64,000 nt of DNA from Patescibacteria group bacterium (GTDB lineage Bacteria > Patescibacteriota > Patescibacteriia > UM-FILTER-42-10): contig JBAYKW010000001.1 in NCBI GenBank assembly GCA_041664365.1, forward strand, positions 308,465 to 372,464, read 5' to 3'. Positions within the stretch are counted from its first letter, which is position 1, and each line of letters starts with the position of its first letter. Shown here piece after piece: positions 19,687 through 29,749 of the stretch. The notes under the pieces were generated by a model, which saw only the letters and a program-made list of their open reading frames with translations, searched no databases and had not been told where the DNA came from. Position numbers and translations under genes: made by a program.

Positions 19687-20846
19687 TTAAACTTATCAAA
19701 TCAAGTTTCTATAATGAGGCTAAAACCAAAAATGCACTCGTTAAGTTCATAAAAAAGGCGCCGATTTTCAGCATGAACAAAGAATGCAAAAAGTTTGAAA
19801 TACAATTTGCCAAAAAGCAGAAAAGAAAACATGCACTTTTTGTCAGTAGTGGAAGCATGGCAAACCTTGTTTTAATACAAGCACTCATAAATTTAGGTAA
19901 ACTGAAAAAAAACGACGTAGTAGGCGTTTCCGCATTGACCTGGCCGACAAATATTATGCCGCTCATACAACTGGGCCTTGGAACGAAACTGATTGATTGT
20001 GAACTGGAAACATTGAACATCTCCCCTACCCAGCTTAAACAGCATATCGGCAGCATTAAAGCATTATTCATTACCAATGTACTTGGTCTTAGTGACAGAC
20101 TGGATAAAATACGGCAGATTTGCAAGCAGAATAATATTCTACTGATTGAAGACAACTGTGAATCACTTGGCTCTGTGACTGCCGGAAGGCTTCTGGGTAA
20201 CTTTGGGCTGGCTTCGACATTTTCTTTCTTTGTCGGACACCACATGTCGACAATCGAAGGTGGTATGATCTGCACTGATGATGACGAATTATTCGACATG
20301 TTAACCATGGTTCGGGCGCACGGCTGGGATAGGAATTTGCCGGAAAAATCCAAGCAGAAATTACGTAAACTACACAAAGTTAACGACTTTTTTGCCTTAT
20401 ATACATTTTATACACTTGCCTACAATGCAAGACCGACTGAAATAAATGGCTTTATCGGAAATAAGCAACTGCCATATCTGGATAAAATAGTTTCCACAAG
20501 AGCGCGTAACTTCAAATCATTCCATCAAATAGCTTCCCAGAACTCCGATATTATTCCGCTCAAACTTGATCACATGGATGTGATATCAAATTTTGCTATG
20601 CCTATTATCTTTCGAGATGAAAAAACTTTTCAAATGTACCGGGAAAGATTTATTAAGCATAAAGTAGAAGTCCGCCCGATCATTGCCGGTGACATGGCTA
20701 TCCAGCCTTTTTACCGAAAGTATGCAAAAAAACAGGCTTCCTGCCCGAACTCACTGATTGTCCACCACTATGGTTTTTATTTTGGTAATAATCCGGAACT
20801 GACAAAAAAAGAAATCGCTCTTATCTGCAAATTATTAAAGAAATAA
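19683..20846 (+). CDS. colD: DegT/DnrJ/EryC1-family PLP enzyme, GDP-4-keto-6-deoxy-D-mannose 3-dehydratase (ColD)-like
   Basis: In the active-site segment SFFVGHHMSTIEGG, His replaces the Schiff-base Lys, as in ColD. The AHGWDRNLP motif and a length of 387 aa also fit. It could alternatively be an aminotransferase. Confidence 0.55.
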   Translation: MIKLIKSSFYNEAKTKNALVKFIKKAPIFSMNKECKKFEIQFAKKQKRKHALFVSSGSMANLVLIQALINLGKLKKNDVVGVSALTWPTNIMPLIQLGLGTKLIDCELETLNISPTQLKQHIGSIKALFITNVLGLSDRLDKIRQICKQNNILLIEDNCESLGSVTAGRLLGNFGLASTFSFFVGHHMSTIEGGMICTDDDELFDMLTMVRAHGWDRNLPEKSKQKLRKLHKVNDFFALYTFYTLAYNARPTEINGFIGNKQLPYLDKIVSTRARNFKSFHQIASQNSDIIPLKLDHMDVISNFAMPIIFRDEKTFQMYRERFIKHKVEVRPIIAGDMAIQPFYRKYAKKQASCPNSLIVHHYGFYFGNNPELTKKEIALICKLLKK

Positions 20847-20848
20847 TA

Positions 20849-21709
20849 ATGGGCATTGAATCAAAGAATCCGGAAGATATCGATGCAAAAATTCCGGAAG
20901 TGGAAGTTCAGCAGGAAAGACGCGAACAAGAACAGTTTTCCGATTTGTCCATTTTTACCACTACCATGTACGGAACTGATGAGATTTCCCGTGTCAGGCA
21001 AGAATTAGCCGTAAACTTTCTAAAAAATGCACAGGCGCTTGGAATAAAATGTGTAGTAGTGGACGGCGGTTCCAATCAGGAATTTTTAGATGAGATCAGT
21101 CAATTTGATAATATAGAAATTGTCGTCGACCCAACACTTAAAATGGGTGAAAGCCGGAGAACAGCATTACAGATTGCAATAGAAAAATATGCCACACCGT
21201 ATTTTTTGTGGTCTGAACCGGAAAAGGACGGATTGATTCAAATGGAAACACTTAAAGCCATGATCGATGGATTAAGAACCGGTCAGTCGGACATTATTGT
21301 TCCGAGGAGAGCATCAACAGAATCCATGCCAAAATTCCAAGCCTGGATAGAGGCACGGGCCAATAAAAGAGCAAGCGGGCTAAAAGGACCAAAGCCAGAT
21401 GAAGCGGAAGAGATATTGGATCTATGGTTTGGCCCGAAAATGTTTAATCGAGATGGCGCGGAGTCATTTATTAACTATCAGGGAGAACTAGATAAATGGG
21501 ATTCCATAATTAAGCCGGTACTCGATGCGGCGCAGGCAGGGAAAAGAATCTCTTCAGTGGATGTGGATTATCAATACGACCCCTCACAGACTAAATCAGA
21601 AGAGCAAAACAGAGAAATCAAAAGAAAAAGAATGGAACAATACGCTACAATTTTGAAAGAGCTGGGAGACAAATATTGGATTGAAAAACTAGCTCCAAAA
21701 GAAGAATAA
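20849..21709 (+). CDS. Hypothetical protein, possibly GT-A-fold-like, inserted between colD-like and fcl-like genes
   Basis: It has a VVVDGGSNQEF segment reminiscent of GT2. I recognise no confident family. Confidence 0.3.
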   Translation: MGIESKNPEDIDAKIPEVEVQQERREQEQFSDLSIFTTTMYGTDEISRVRQELAVNFLKNAQALGIKCVVVDGGSNQEFLDEISQFDNIEIVVDPTLKMGESRRTALQIAIEKYATPYFLWSEPEKDGLIQMETLKAMIDGLRTGQSDIIVPRRASTESMPKFQAWIEARANKRASGLKGPKPDEAEEILDLWFGPKMFNRDGAESFINYQGELDKWDSIIKPVLDAAQAGKRISSVDVDYQYDPSQTKSEEQNREIKRKRMEQYATILKELGDKYWIEKLAPKEE

Positions 21710-21728
21710 TATAATTAGCCCTATAAAT

Positions 21729-22709
21729 ATGACATCATCATTTTGGCAGGACAAGAAAGTATTCGTAACAGGCGGAGCCGGATTTATTGGCAGTCATCTG
21801 GTTGAAATGCTGGTTGCTCAAGGAAGTGTAGTAACTGTCCCGATCCGTTCAGAGGATTCCAATATCGACTTTCTAGCTGGAATTAAAGATAAAATTCATA
21901 TTGTTATTGTTGATCTGATGAACTTCGATAATGTTGTTTCTGCTACAAAAAACCAGGATATCGTGATGAATCTGGCGGCTAAGGTCGGCGGAATTGAATA
22001 TAATATAAAAAATCCCGCTTCTATCTTCAGAGATAACGTACAAATATTTTTAAACGTAATTGAAGCATGCCGTCTGAATAATGTAGAACGTTTATTGGTA
22101 ACAAGCTCTGCCTGTGTCTATCCGAGGTTTTGTACTATCCCTACTCCGGAAGAAGAAGGGTTTAAAGATATGCCCGAACCGACAAATGACGGCTATGGAT
22201 TCGCCAAGCGTGTTGAGGAATTTTTAGGCCAAAAATATGCAAAGCAGTATGGAATGAAGATTGCCATTGCCCGTCCGTACAATGCATTTGGTCCCCGTGA
22301 CAATTTCAACCCGGAATCTTCCCATGTTATACCAGCACTCATTAAAAAAGTACTGGATGCGCCTGACGGCAGTACTGTTGAAGTTTGGGGTAACGGGAAG
22401 CAAAGTCGTGCCTTTCTCTATGTTGAAGACTTCGCCCGAGGATTGATGGAAATAACAGAAAAATATGCTGTGGCAGACGTGTTGAATATAGGAACAAACA
22501 AAGAAACCACAATTGAAGATTTGGTTAATTTGATTGTTAAGCTGTCAAACAAACAAGTTAAAATCCATTTCGATGCCACCAAACCGACCGGACAGCCAAG
22601 ACGCAACTGTGATAACCGTAAAGCAAAAGAAAAGATTGCTTTCGAGGCGAATATTTCTTTGTCAGATGGTTTGAAACGGACTATTGATTGGTATATTCAG
22701 AACAAGTAA
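21729..22709 (+). CDS. fcl: GDP-L-fucose synthase family epimerase/reductase (Fcl/ColC)
   Basis: VFVTGGAGFIG, AAKVGGI, SSACVYP, EPTNDGYGFAK, SHVIPAL and ATKPTGQPRR align with Fcl. Confidence 0.8.
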   Translation: MTSSFWQDKKVFVTGGAGFIGSHLVEMLVAQGSVVTVPIRSEDSNIDFLAGIKDKIHIVIVDLMNFDNVVSATKNQDIVMNLAAKVGGIEYNIKNPASIFRDNVQIFLNVIEACRLNNVERLLVTSSACVYPRFCTIPTPEEEGFKDMPEPTNDGYGFAKRVEEFLGQKYAKQYGMKIAIARPYNAFGPRDNFNPESSHVIPALIKKVLDAPDGSTVEVWGNGKQSRAFLYVEDFARGLMEITEKYAVADVLNIGTNKETTIEDLVNLIVKLSNKQVKIHFDATKPTGQPRRNCDNRKAKEKIAFEANISLSDGLKRTIDWYIQNK

Positions 22710-22828
22710 TCAATTAGTATTATGTAATGGGGATGTGTTGGATTTTTTTTATTTTGGATATTGCATAATAATTGCAAAGATAAGCAATTGATACGCATCA
22801 CTATCCTTCTAATTATGAAAACTCATAC

Positions 22829-23683
22829 TTGCAAGATTTAAAATCACAACTTATGGATGGCACTAAAATAATTTCAATTATTCTACCAAATTTTAATGGT
22901 GGAAATAATTTAAGAGAATCAATTGAAAGTTTTACAAACCAAAAATCAGATTCTTGCGAACTTATAATTGTTGACAGCAAATCAAGCGATAATTCACACC
23001 AGATAATTGAAGAGTTTACTAAAAAATACCCAAGCATCAGATGGATCAAAGAAACTGATAGCGGTATTTCTGATGCCATAAACATTGGGCTTCGACACGC
23101 AAAAGGATCATATATTGGATATTTGGGGAGCGATGACAGACTTGTTGCCGACATATTGGGAGTAGTTATTAGCTATACAAAATTGGTTGATGCAGATAGT
23201 TTTTATTTCGATTCATACTTTTATAACCCATTTGAGAAATTGTGTCAGTATAGACGTTGTCCGGCACTGGAGTTCACTCGTGAAAATTTATATAAATACG
23301 GTACAATCGTCGGTTTGCAAAACATATTTCTACATAAAAGAATTTTTGCTAATTATAAATTCAATTCAAATAATAAATATTCCATGGATTATGAATTATT
23401 TTTAGAAATGACGACTCATGCAGGAGTTCATATGTACATACCGCAACCGTCGAGTATTAATCTTTTTGGTGGTAATATTTCTCAGCATTTAAAAGAACAA
23501 CAGTTTTATGAATCAATCCAAGTTTCGTTACGTAATGCAAAAACAAAAAAAGAAAAATATTATACTTTTCTGCGTTTTATTAAAGTTCATCCGAGAATAA
23601 AATTTTTTTGGCCCATCCGACGCTTCTGTGTAAGAATATTTAACAAGACATCGTACCAACAGAGTTTGAAAAATAAGTTATAA
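22829..23683 (+). CDS. Glycosyltransferase family 2
   Basis: ISIILPNFNGGNNLRESIESFTNQ...ELIIVDSKSSDNS is a GT-A N-terminal signature. Confidence 0.7.
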   Translation: MQDLKSQLMDGTKIISIILPNFNGGNNLRESIESFTNQKSDSCELIIVDSKSSDNSHQIIEEFTKKYPSIRWIKETDSGISDAINIGLRHAKGSYIGYLGSDDRLVADILGVVISYTKLVDADSFYFDSYFYNPFEKLCQYRRCPALEFTRENLYKYGTIVGLQNIFLHKRIFANYKFNSNNKYSMDYELFLEMTTHAGVHMYIPQPSSINLFGGNISQHLKEQQFYESIQVSLRNAKTKKEKYYTFLRFIKVHPRIKFFWPIRRFCVRIFNKTSYQQSLKNKL

Positions 23684-23824
23684 ATAGCAAACAGTATATG
23701 ATATTCACACACATTATCGGCAACTCAGCAATCAAATTTTTCAATTGATTCTAACAAAATATTTTATCAAACAATTCCTAAAAACGATCATACAGTATTA
23801 GAAAGATAAATTTAACGACTTAAT

Positions 23825-24601
23825 ATGTCACAGAAGCCCATTTATTCAAACATCTATAAAATCAAATACATTTTTAAATCTCTGATTACAGGTAAAAAGA
23901 CTGAGGATGATTTCGATTGGAATTTATATCCGAAACACTACAGCGGTGAGCTTAAGGAAGTTGAAAAAGATCATACAACAATCATTAAAGCGAATGATTA
24001 CGCCTTAGATAATGGCCGACTTTCTCTCAAAAGTAACATTCTACCCTTACACCCAAATCATTTATTACTGTACGAAACAATACTTCAACTTTCCCCCTCA
24101 ACTGCCCTTGAAGTTGGTTGTGGCGGTGGTGACCATTTACATAATTTAAAAATTCTACAACCGAGTCTAACACTTTTTGGTGAAGATTTATCAGAAAAAC
24201 AGATTAAATTACTACACAAACGGCATCCGGATTTAGACGCAGCTATAAAACAACATGACATTCTATCATCTTCGTTGCTAGATTGGCCCCCTATTGATAT
24301 TGTTTTTACACAGGCAGTAATTATGCATATCAGAACTGAAGATAATCATTTGATTGCACTGTCTAATTTATTTAAAATGGCCACCAAACAGGTTGTTTTA
24401 ATGGAGAATTGGACCAAACATAATTTTGTTGAAGACATTCTCTTACTGAAACAAGAAGGTAAAATACCATGGCCTGAACTTTATCTTTATTCCCGACCGC
24501 ATCCTATTACAGAAAGACCGCATATTCTAATTGCATCTGCTTTACCGCTGGAAGGTTATACAAAAGTACTGCATGATGAACATTTCCGCCAAAATTCCTG
24601 A
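23825..24601 (+). CDS. Class I SAM-dependent methyltransferase
   Basis: ALEVGCGGGDHL motif I. Confidence 0.6.
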   Translation: MSQKPIYSNIYKIKYIFKSLITGKKTEDDFDWNLYPKHYSGELKEVEKDHTTIIKANDYALDNGRLSLKSNILPLHPNHLLLYETILQLSPSTALEVGCGGGDHLHNLKILQPSLTLFGEDLSEKQIKLLHKRHPDLDAAIKQHDILSSSLLDWPPIDIVFTQAVIMHIRTEDNHLIALSNLFKMATKQVVLMENWTKHNFVEDILLLKQEGKIPWPELYLYSRPHPITERPHILIASALPLEGYTKVLHDEHFRQNS

Positions 24602-24690
24602 TGATATGCTTACTTAATATATAGAAAAATCCGTACTCATCGTAATAAAACAAATTAGATTCCAGCGCTGTTTAAGTAATAAGAATAATC

Positions 24691-25653
24691 ATGATAAATA
24701 TAAAAGTTACCAATCCATATAGCCCCAATAATCTCAATAGGCAAATGCCTAAACAAGGAACTGATTGGGGTAAATGCAGGTTTTTTGTCAATCAAGATAT
24801 CAAGGAATGTGATTATTGGATTGTTTTAAATAATGTAAATAAAGAAGAAAGGGTCAATTGTCCATCCGAGAATACTATCCTTTTCGCTCTGGAACCGTCA
24901 TCAATACAAAAGTACAAACCTGCTTTTTTAAATCAGTTTTCGAAAGTTGTCACAGCACAAAAAAATATTAAACACAAAGATGTTGTTAACACTCTCACAA
25001 CTCTTTTTTGGCACTTTAATAAAACTTACGATGATTTAGCTGAAACGCATCTTGTAAAAAAAACAAAGCTCATCTCCATTATTACTTCCAATAAAGCTTT
25101 GTCAAAGGGCCATAGAAAACGTCTCCAATTTGCTTATCGGCTAAAAGAATATTTTGGCGATTCAATAGATCTGTTCGGTCGTGGTATCCGCCCCTTTGAT
25201 GATAAGTGGGAGGTTTTGGCGCCTTATAAATTTACAGTATCTATTGAAAATGAGTGGGAATCCGATTGGATAACGGAAAAATTAACCGATTGCTTCTTAA
25301 CCTATACATTCCCCCTTTATTACGGCTGTCCAAATGCTGAAGAATATTTTCACCCTGATTCATTCGTAAGGATTGATATAGACAATTTTGACCAATCAAT
25401 AAAAGTTATTGAAAATATTTTATCAAATGCACAATATTATCAAGATCATTTGAATGCATTAAAAATATCCAGAGATCAAGTATTAAATAAATATAATTTT
25501 TTTCCACTTGTAGCCAATAATGTAATTTCTTTAAATTCAAAGGAACAAACAAAGAAAGAAATTACTATTCTCCCGGAAAAACTATTTACCAATAATCTGG
25601 ACCATTTGAAAAAAATCATTGGCTCAGTAAATAAATTCAAAAATAGAATATAA
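24691..25653 (+). CDS. GT10-family alpha-1,3-fucosyltransferase homologue
   Basis: The C-terminal motif YKFTVSIENEWESDWITEKLTDCFLTYTFPLYYGCPN matches the alpha-1,3-FucT signature (YKF..FEN...Y.TEK....P.Y.G). Confidence 0.65.
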   Translation: MINIKVTNPYSPNNLNRQMPKQGTDWGKCRFFVNQDIKECDYWIVLNNVNKEERVNCPSENTILFALEPSSIQKYKPAFLNQFSKVVTAQKNIKHKDVVNTLTTLFWHFNKTYDDLAETHLVKKTKLISIITSNKALSKGHRKRLQFAYRLKEYFGDSIDLFGRGIRPFDDKWEVLAPYKFTVSIENEWESDWITEKLTDCFLTYTFPLYYGCPNAEEYFHPDSFVRIDIDNFDQSIKVIENILSNAQYYQDHLNALKISRDQVLNKYNFFPLVANNVISLNSKEQTKKEITILPEKLFTNNLDHLKKIIGSVNKFKNRI

Positions 25654-25699
25654 ATAATTCTTTTTCTTCTCAAATAGTCTGAAACTAATTAGCACAAAA

Positions 25700-27250
25700 T
25701 TGGATAAAAACTACACTCACGACATAGCAAAATCAACATTCTGGACCACCGGCAGTTTTATTATTACCTCTATTATTGGATTTGTCTCTTCTATCATTTT
25801 GGTCCGTTATTTGGGTATCGACCAATTTGGCGTATTCAATTACTTCATTTGGGTGATTGCCACCTTCTCGCTTCTGGCTAATCCGGGCCTTGGACAGGCA
25901 ATATTAAAATATATTCCACAATACTATTTCAGCCTGAATCCCAACCAAAAAGTCCTTTGGAAAAAAATGTTTAATTATTTCCTGGTGGTGCAGATTATCA
26001 TTTTGATTGTCATCCTTGCCTTACTATTTATCAACTCCGGACTTGCCACTAAATATTTAATCAAGTTCCAATCTCAAGAACAGGATAAATTATTTTTATA
26101 TGCGCTGATTGCCTTGATTCCGATAATTTTAAATAATTTTCTATTAAGCGTACTACGGGCCATCCAAAAATTCAAGATTTTAGCAATTTTCAAAATTATT
26201 ACACAGATCATCTGGTTGGGTGGTATTTTCTATATTTTTAAAACCCACGCCTCGTTATTTACTTTAATAATATTTTACATATTTTTTAATCTTTTTTCTC
26301 TTATTACGTCGGTTTGGTGCCTGCGATCCATTTATCGCCTCAATATTCCTCCTCCACAAAACATTGAAACCTTGCCTTGGAAAAATATTATTCGCTATTC
26401 TGCTTGGGGATTTATAAACTTGTTTTTTGTATCGATAGTCTGGGATAAATCAGAACTATTTTTCTTAGGGATTTACAGCAATAATCAACAAATCGCAATT
26501 TATTCACTGGCATATTCCCTGGCTTTATATATTACATTGATTTTCAGCCCTCTGATAACGGTAATCAATAATACAACTGCCGAGTTGATTGGAACGAAGC
26601 AACAGGATAAGCTACATTTTTTATCCCAACATTTAACAAAATATTTGGGTATTATTGTTATTCCGATTTCAATACTATTTATTATGTACATCAATAAAAT
26701 TATTCTTCTCTTTTACGGCCAAGACTTTATATCCGCCGGAATAATTTTCCCCCTCGTTATCTTTTCTCAAATTGTTCCACTTATTTTTAATCCTGTTTCA
26801 ACCATCCCTTCATTAAGCAACGATATCCGGAAAATTGTTTACATTGGTTTTGCAGCCGCTTTGCTAAACATCACGCTTGATCTGTTACTTATCCCCCCTT
26901 TTCAGGCTCTTGGCGCCACTATCGCGAATAGTTTTGCTCAATTACTGGGTATGATATTGGCCTTTGTTCTGATCAGAAAGTATAAGTTAAAATTTTTCAC
27001 AAAATATTTTATCCATGTCTTAGTAATAAATCTTCTTTTCTTTTTAACACTAGTAATTATCAGGTTGCTGTTTCATCAGCTGATCCTTCAAATTGTATTT
27101 GATTTATCCACAGTTTGTTTATATGTCATATTTATTCTGCGTTATGCTCTAAATCGACGTGATTACGATATTTTTCTTAATCTGCAACAAATTACGCCAA
27201 AATATCTAAAACCAATAATACAGACATTCCTTAATAAAATGAACTATTAA
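25700..27250 (+). CDS. wzx: Wzx-like polysaccharide flippase (MOP superfamily)
   Basis: 516 aa, about 12-14 TM segments, TTG start. Confidence 0.65.
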   Translation: MDKNYTHDIAKSTFWTTGSFIITSIIGFVSSIILVRYLGIDQFGVFNYFIWVIATFSLLANPGLGQAILKYIPQYYFSLNPNQKVLWKKMFNYFLVVQIIILIVILALLFINSGLATKYLIKFQSQEQDKLFLYALIALIPIILNNFLLSVLRAIQKFKILAIFKIITQIIWLGGIFYIFKTHASLFTLIIFYIFFNLFSLITSVWCLRSIYRLNIPPPQNIETLPWKNIIRYSAWGFINLFFVSIVWDKSELFFLGIYSNNQQIAIYSLAYSLALYITLIFSPLITVINNTTAELIGTKQQDKLHFLSQHLTKYLGIIVIPISILFIMYINKIILLFYGQDFISAGIIFPLVIFSQIVPLIFNPVSTIPSLSNDIRKIVYIGFAAALLNITLDLLLIPPFQALGATIANSFAQLLGMILAFVLIRKYKLKFFTKYFIHVLVINLLFFLTLVIIRLLFHQLILQIVFDLSTVCLYVIFILRYALNRRDYDIFLNLQQITPKYLKPIIQTFLNKMNY

Positions 27251-27274
27251 TACATATATCTCTAATAAATTATT

Positions 27275-28285
27275 ATGAACAAACCAATAATTACTGTTCT
27301 ACTGCCCGTATACAATGGGGAGAAATATATCAAGGAAGCAATAGAAAGCATTCTGAATCAGAAATTTACTAATTTTGAATTACTGATAATCGATGATTGC
27401 TCAACTGATCGAAGTGGCAGAATAATCCAAGATTTCAAAGATCCTCGGATTCGTTTTTTTTCCAACAAGAATAATCTTGGTCTAATTAAAACGCTTAATA
27501 CTGGCATATCACTAGCACAAGGCGAATACATTGCCAGAATGGATCAAGATGACGTATCACTCCCCCACCGCCTGGAAAAACAGATTGCTTTTCTGGATGC
27601 TCATTCTGAAATAGGAGTTTGCGGTACTGGCTTTAGAATAATTGACCAAGAAGGTACACTAAAAAATGAAATTCATTTTCCTAACCGACCATTATTATTC
27701 AGCTGGAAACTGCATTTTTTCTCCCCACTTGCCCATCCCACAGTCATGATGAGAACATCACTAGTAAAAGAGATGGGCGGTTACAATACAAAGGCAACAT
27801 ATTACGAAGATTATGATTTGTGGATAAGGCTGAATTCAATAACAAAGTTAACTAATTTGGATGATATATTATTTCACCTGCGTAAACATGATGAAAATAC
27901 CAGCCAAATCCATCTTGATCAACAAGTAAATAGTTCTATTAAACTTTGCCGGGAATTGATATCAAAAACATTAAATAATTATGTATCTATCGATATTGTT
28001 CGACAACTTTATTTGAAAAATGCGTCTGATGTAAATAGTGTAATTCAAATCAATAAAATAATTTGCAAATTATATAAGGCATTTATTCAAACAAATAAGG
28101 TTGGAAAGAATGATCTTAAACTAATCAAAAGTGACGTCGCGCTTCGATTATTCATACTCTCTGTCCGCTTTTGGTATAATACCCGAATCTGGAAGATTTT
28201 TTATACAATTATAATTTTTGATCCTTGGTTTGTTTTAAAAGGGACTAAATATTTGTTTATGAAATTATCAAACAATAGATATTAA
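27275..28285 (+). CDS. Glycosyltransferase family 2
   Basis: ITVLLPVYNGEKYIKEAIESILNQ...LLIIDDCSTD...ARMDQDD; paralogue of the 36524-37453 gene. Confidence 0.75.
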   Translation: MNKPIITVLLPVYNGEKYIKEAIESILNQKFTNFELLIIDDCSTDRSGRIIQDFKDPRIRFFSNKNNLGLIKTLNTGISLAQGEYIARMDQDDVSLPHRLEKQIAFLDAHSEIGVCGTGFRIIDQEGTLKNEIHFPNRPLLFSWKLHFFSPLAHPTVMMRTSLVKEMGGYNTKATYYEDYDLWIRLNSITKLTNLDDILFHLRKHDENTSQIHLDQQVNSSIKLCRELISKTLNNYVSIDIVRQLYLKNASDVNSVIQINKIICKLYKAFIQTNKVGKNDLKLIKSDVALRLFILSVRFWYNTRIWKIFYTIIIFDPWFVLKGTKYLFMKLSNNRY

Positions 28286-28422
28286 GCCAGTATTGACAAA
28301 AATTCTTTAAATTACTATGGTATTTTCAAAAAAGCATATTTGTGTTACAGTATAACCTGAATTTCAAGTAATTTCTTTAATTATTTACTCGCGTTATCAA
28401 CTATTACGATGCTAAGAGTAAG

Positions 28423-28848
28423 TTGGATTTAGATATAGAACATTTTATGAATATTAAGAAATATTATAATAATAACTGGCTAAAATATTCAATTCTTGCT
28501 TTATTTTTGTTGCTCGCATTTACTTTCCTATTAAGTATTCGATATAGCGTTTCGCGGTCATTTCAGGTGGTTTTCGGATCGATTTATTTATTATTTCTAC
28601 CCGGATTCGTCTGGAGTTGGGTTTTTTGGAAAAAACAGGATGAAATTGACTTTATTGAAAGAATAATCATATCTTTGGTATTATCAATTACTATTGTTCC
28701 TCTTGCAGTTTTTATCCTTAATAAATTCGGGATAAGAATCAATACATTTAATTCAGGTATAGAAATTTTAGGCATAATATTATTTGGAATTATTGTAAAA
28801 TATTCTTCAACAAAATTACAACAAAAAAAACGTTTTGCTAAATTATAA
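28423..28848 (+). CDS. Small membrane protein with an LPGF motif (paralogue of the 54503-54772 product)
   Basis: LFLPGFVWSWVFWKK compares with FLPGFCLSYLFFKK in the paralogue; three or four TM segments. Confidence 0.4.
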   Translation: MDLDIEHFMNIKKYYNNNWLKYSILALFLLLAFTFLLSIRYSVSRSFQVVFGSIYLLFLPGFVWSWVFWKKQDEIDFIERIIISLVLSITIVPLAVFILNKFGIRINTFNSGIEILGIILFGIIVKYSSTKLQQKKRFAKL

Positions 28849-28905
28849 TCATGTCAGAAAAATCATACAAATCAATTAAATTTTTTTGTTAATAGAAATA
28901 ATCTC

Positions 28906-29745
28906 ATGAAACAATTGGAATCTAAAAACATGATCATAATCAAACCCCAAAAAGGCTGGGTGGGTATTAATTTGAAGGAACTGTTCTCATACAGAGAACT
29001 ATTTTATATTTTTGCCTGGAGGGATATTAAAGTTCGTTATAAGCAGACCATAATCGGTATTACTTGGGCGATATTACAACCATTTTTATTAATGGTCGTG
29101 TTTTCTGTCTTTTTTGGAAATCTAGCAAAAATGCCCTCAGACGGAGTGCCTTATCCTATATTTGTCTTTTCAGGATTGCTTTTTTGGAATTATTTCTCAG
29201 TTTCGTTAACAGGTGCAAGTGATGCACTAGTTGCCAATGAAAATGTAGTAAAAAAAATATATTTCCCTCGGCTACTTCTCCCTCTTTCATCAACTATTAC
29301 ACCATTGATTGATTTTGCCCTTGCACTAGTTATATTAATTGGTCTAATGATCTATTTTCATTTTACACCCACAATTACCGGTATTATATTATTTCCATTT
29401 TTAATTTTGCTTTCCTTTCTTTCCGCTGCCGGTCTGGGATCTTTACTAGCTGCAATTAATGTTAGATACCGAGATATCCGCTACGCGCTCCCATTTTTTA
29501 TTCAGACCTTATTTTTTCTGACTCCCGTTATTTATCCGACTACTCTTATAGGGGAAAAATATCAGTGGCTCTTAGCTCTGAATCCGATGACCGGAATTAT
29601 TGAAACTGCCAGAACAGGAATTATTGGTGATAAAGAAATTGATTTTGTTCTATTGGGGATTTCTGCAGTGATTGCCGTATCATTATTTGTATTTGGTATA
29701 TTTTATTTTAGGAAAACAGAGCGAGTATTCGCTGACTTAGCATAA
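28906..29745 (+). CDS. wzm: ABC-2 type polysaccharide export permease
   Basis: Six TM segments and an ABC-2 signature region. Confidence 0.75.
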   Translation: MKQLESKNMIIIKPQKGWVGINLKELFSYRELFYIFAWRDIKVRYKQTIIGITWAILQPFLLMVVFSVFFGNLAKMPSDGVPYPIFVFSGLLFWNYFSVSLTGASDALVANENVVKKIYFPRLLLPLSSTITPLIDFALALVILIGLMIYFHFTPTITGIILFPFLILLSFLSAAGLGSLLAAINVRYRDIRYALPFFIQTLFFLTPVIYPTTLIGEKYQWLLALNPMTGIIETARTGIIGDKEIDFVLLGISAVIAVSLFVFGIFYFRKTERVFADLA

Positions 29746-29749
29746 ATTT

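Noticed and set aside
19709-20377. 222-aa minus-strand ORF entirely inside the ColD-like gene
   Set aside because: It is antisense to a gene with strong family motifs. Its translation is Cys- and Ser-rich low complexity, typical of a shadow ORF in an AT-rich sense gene.
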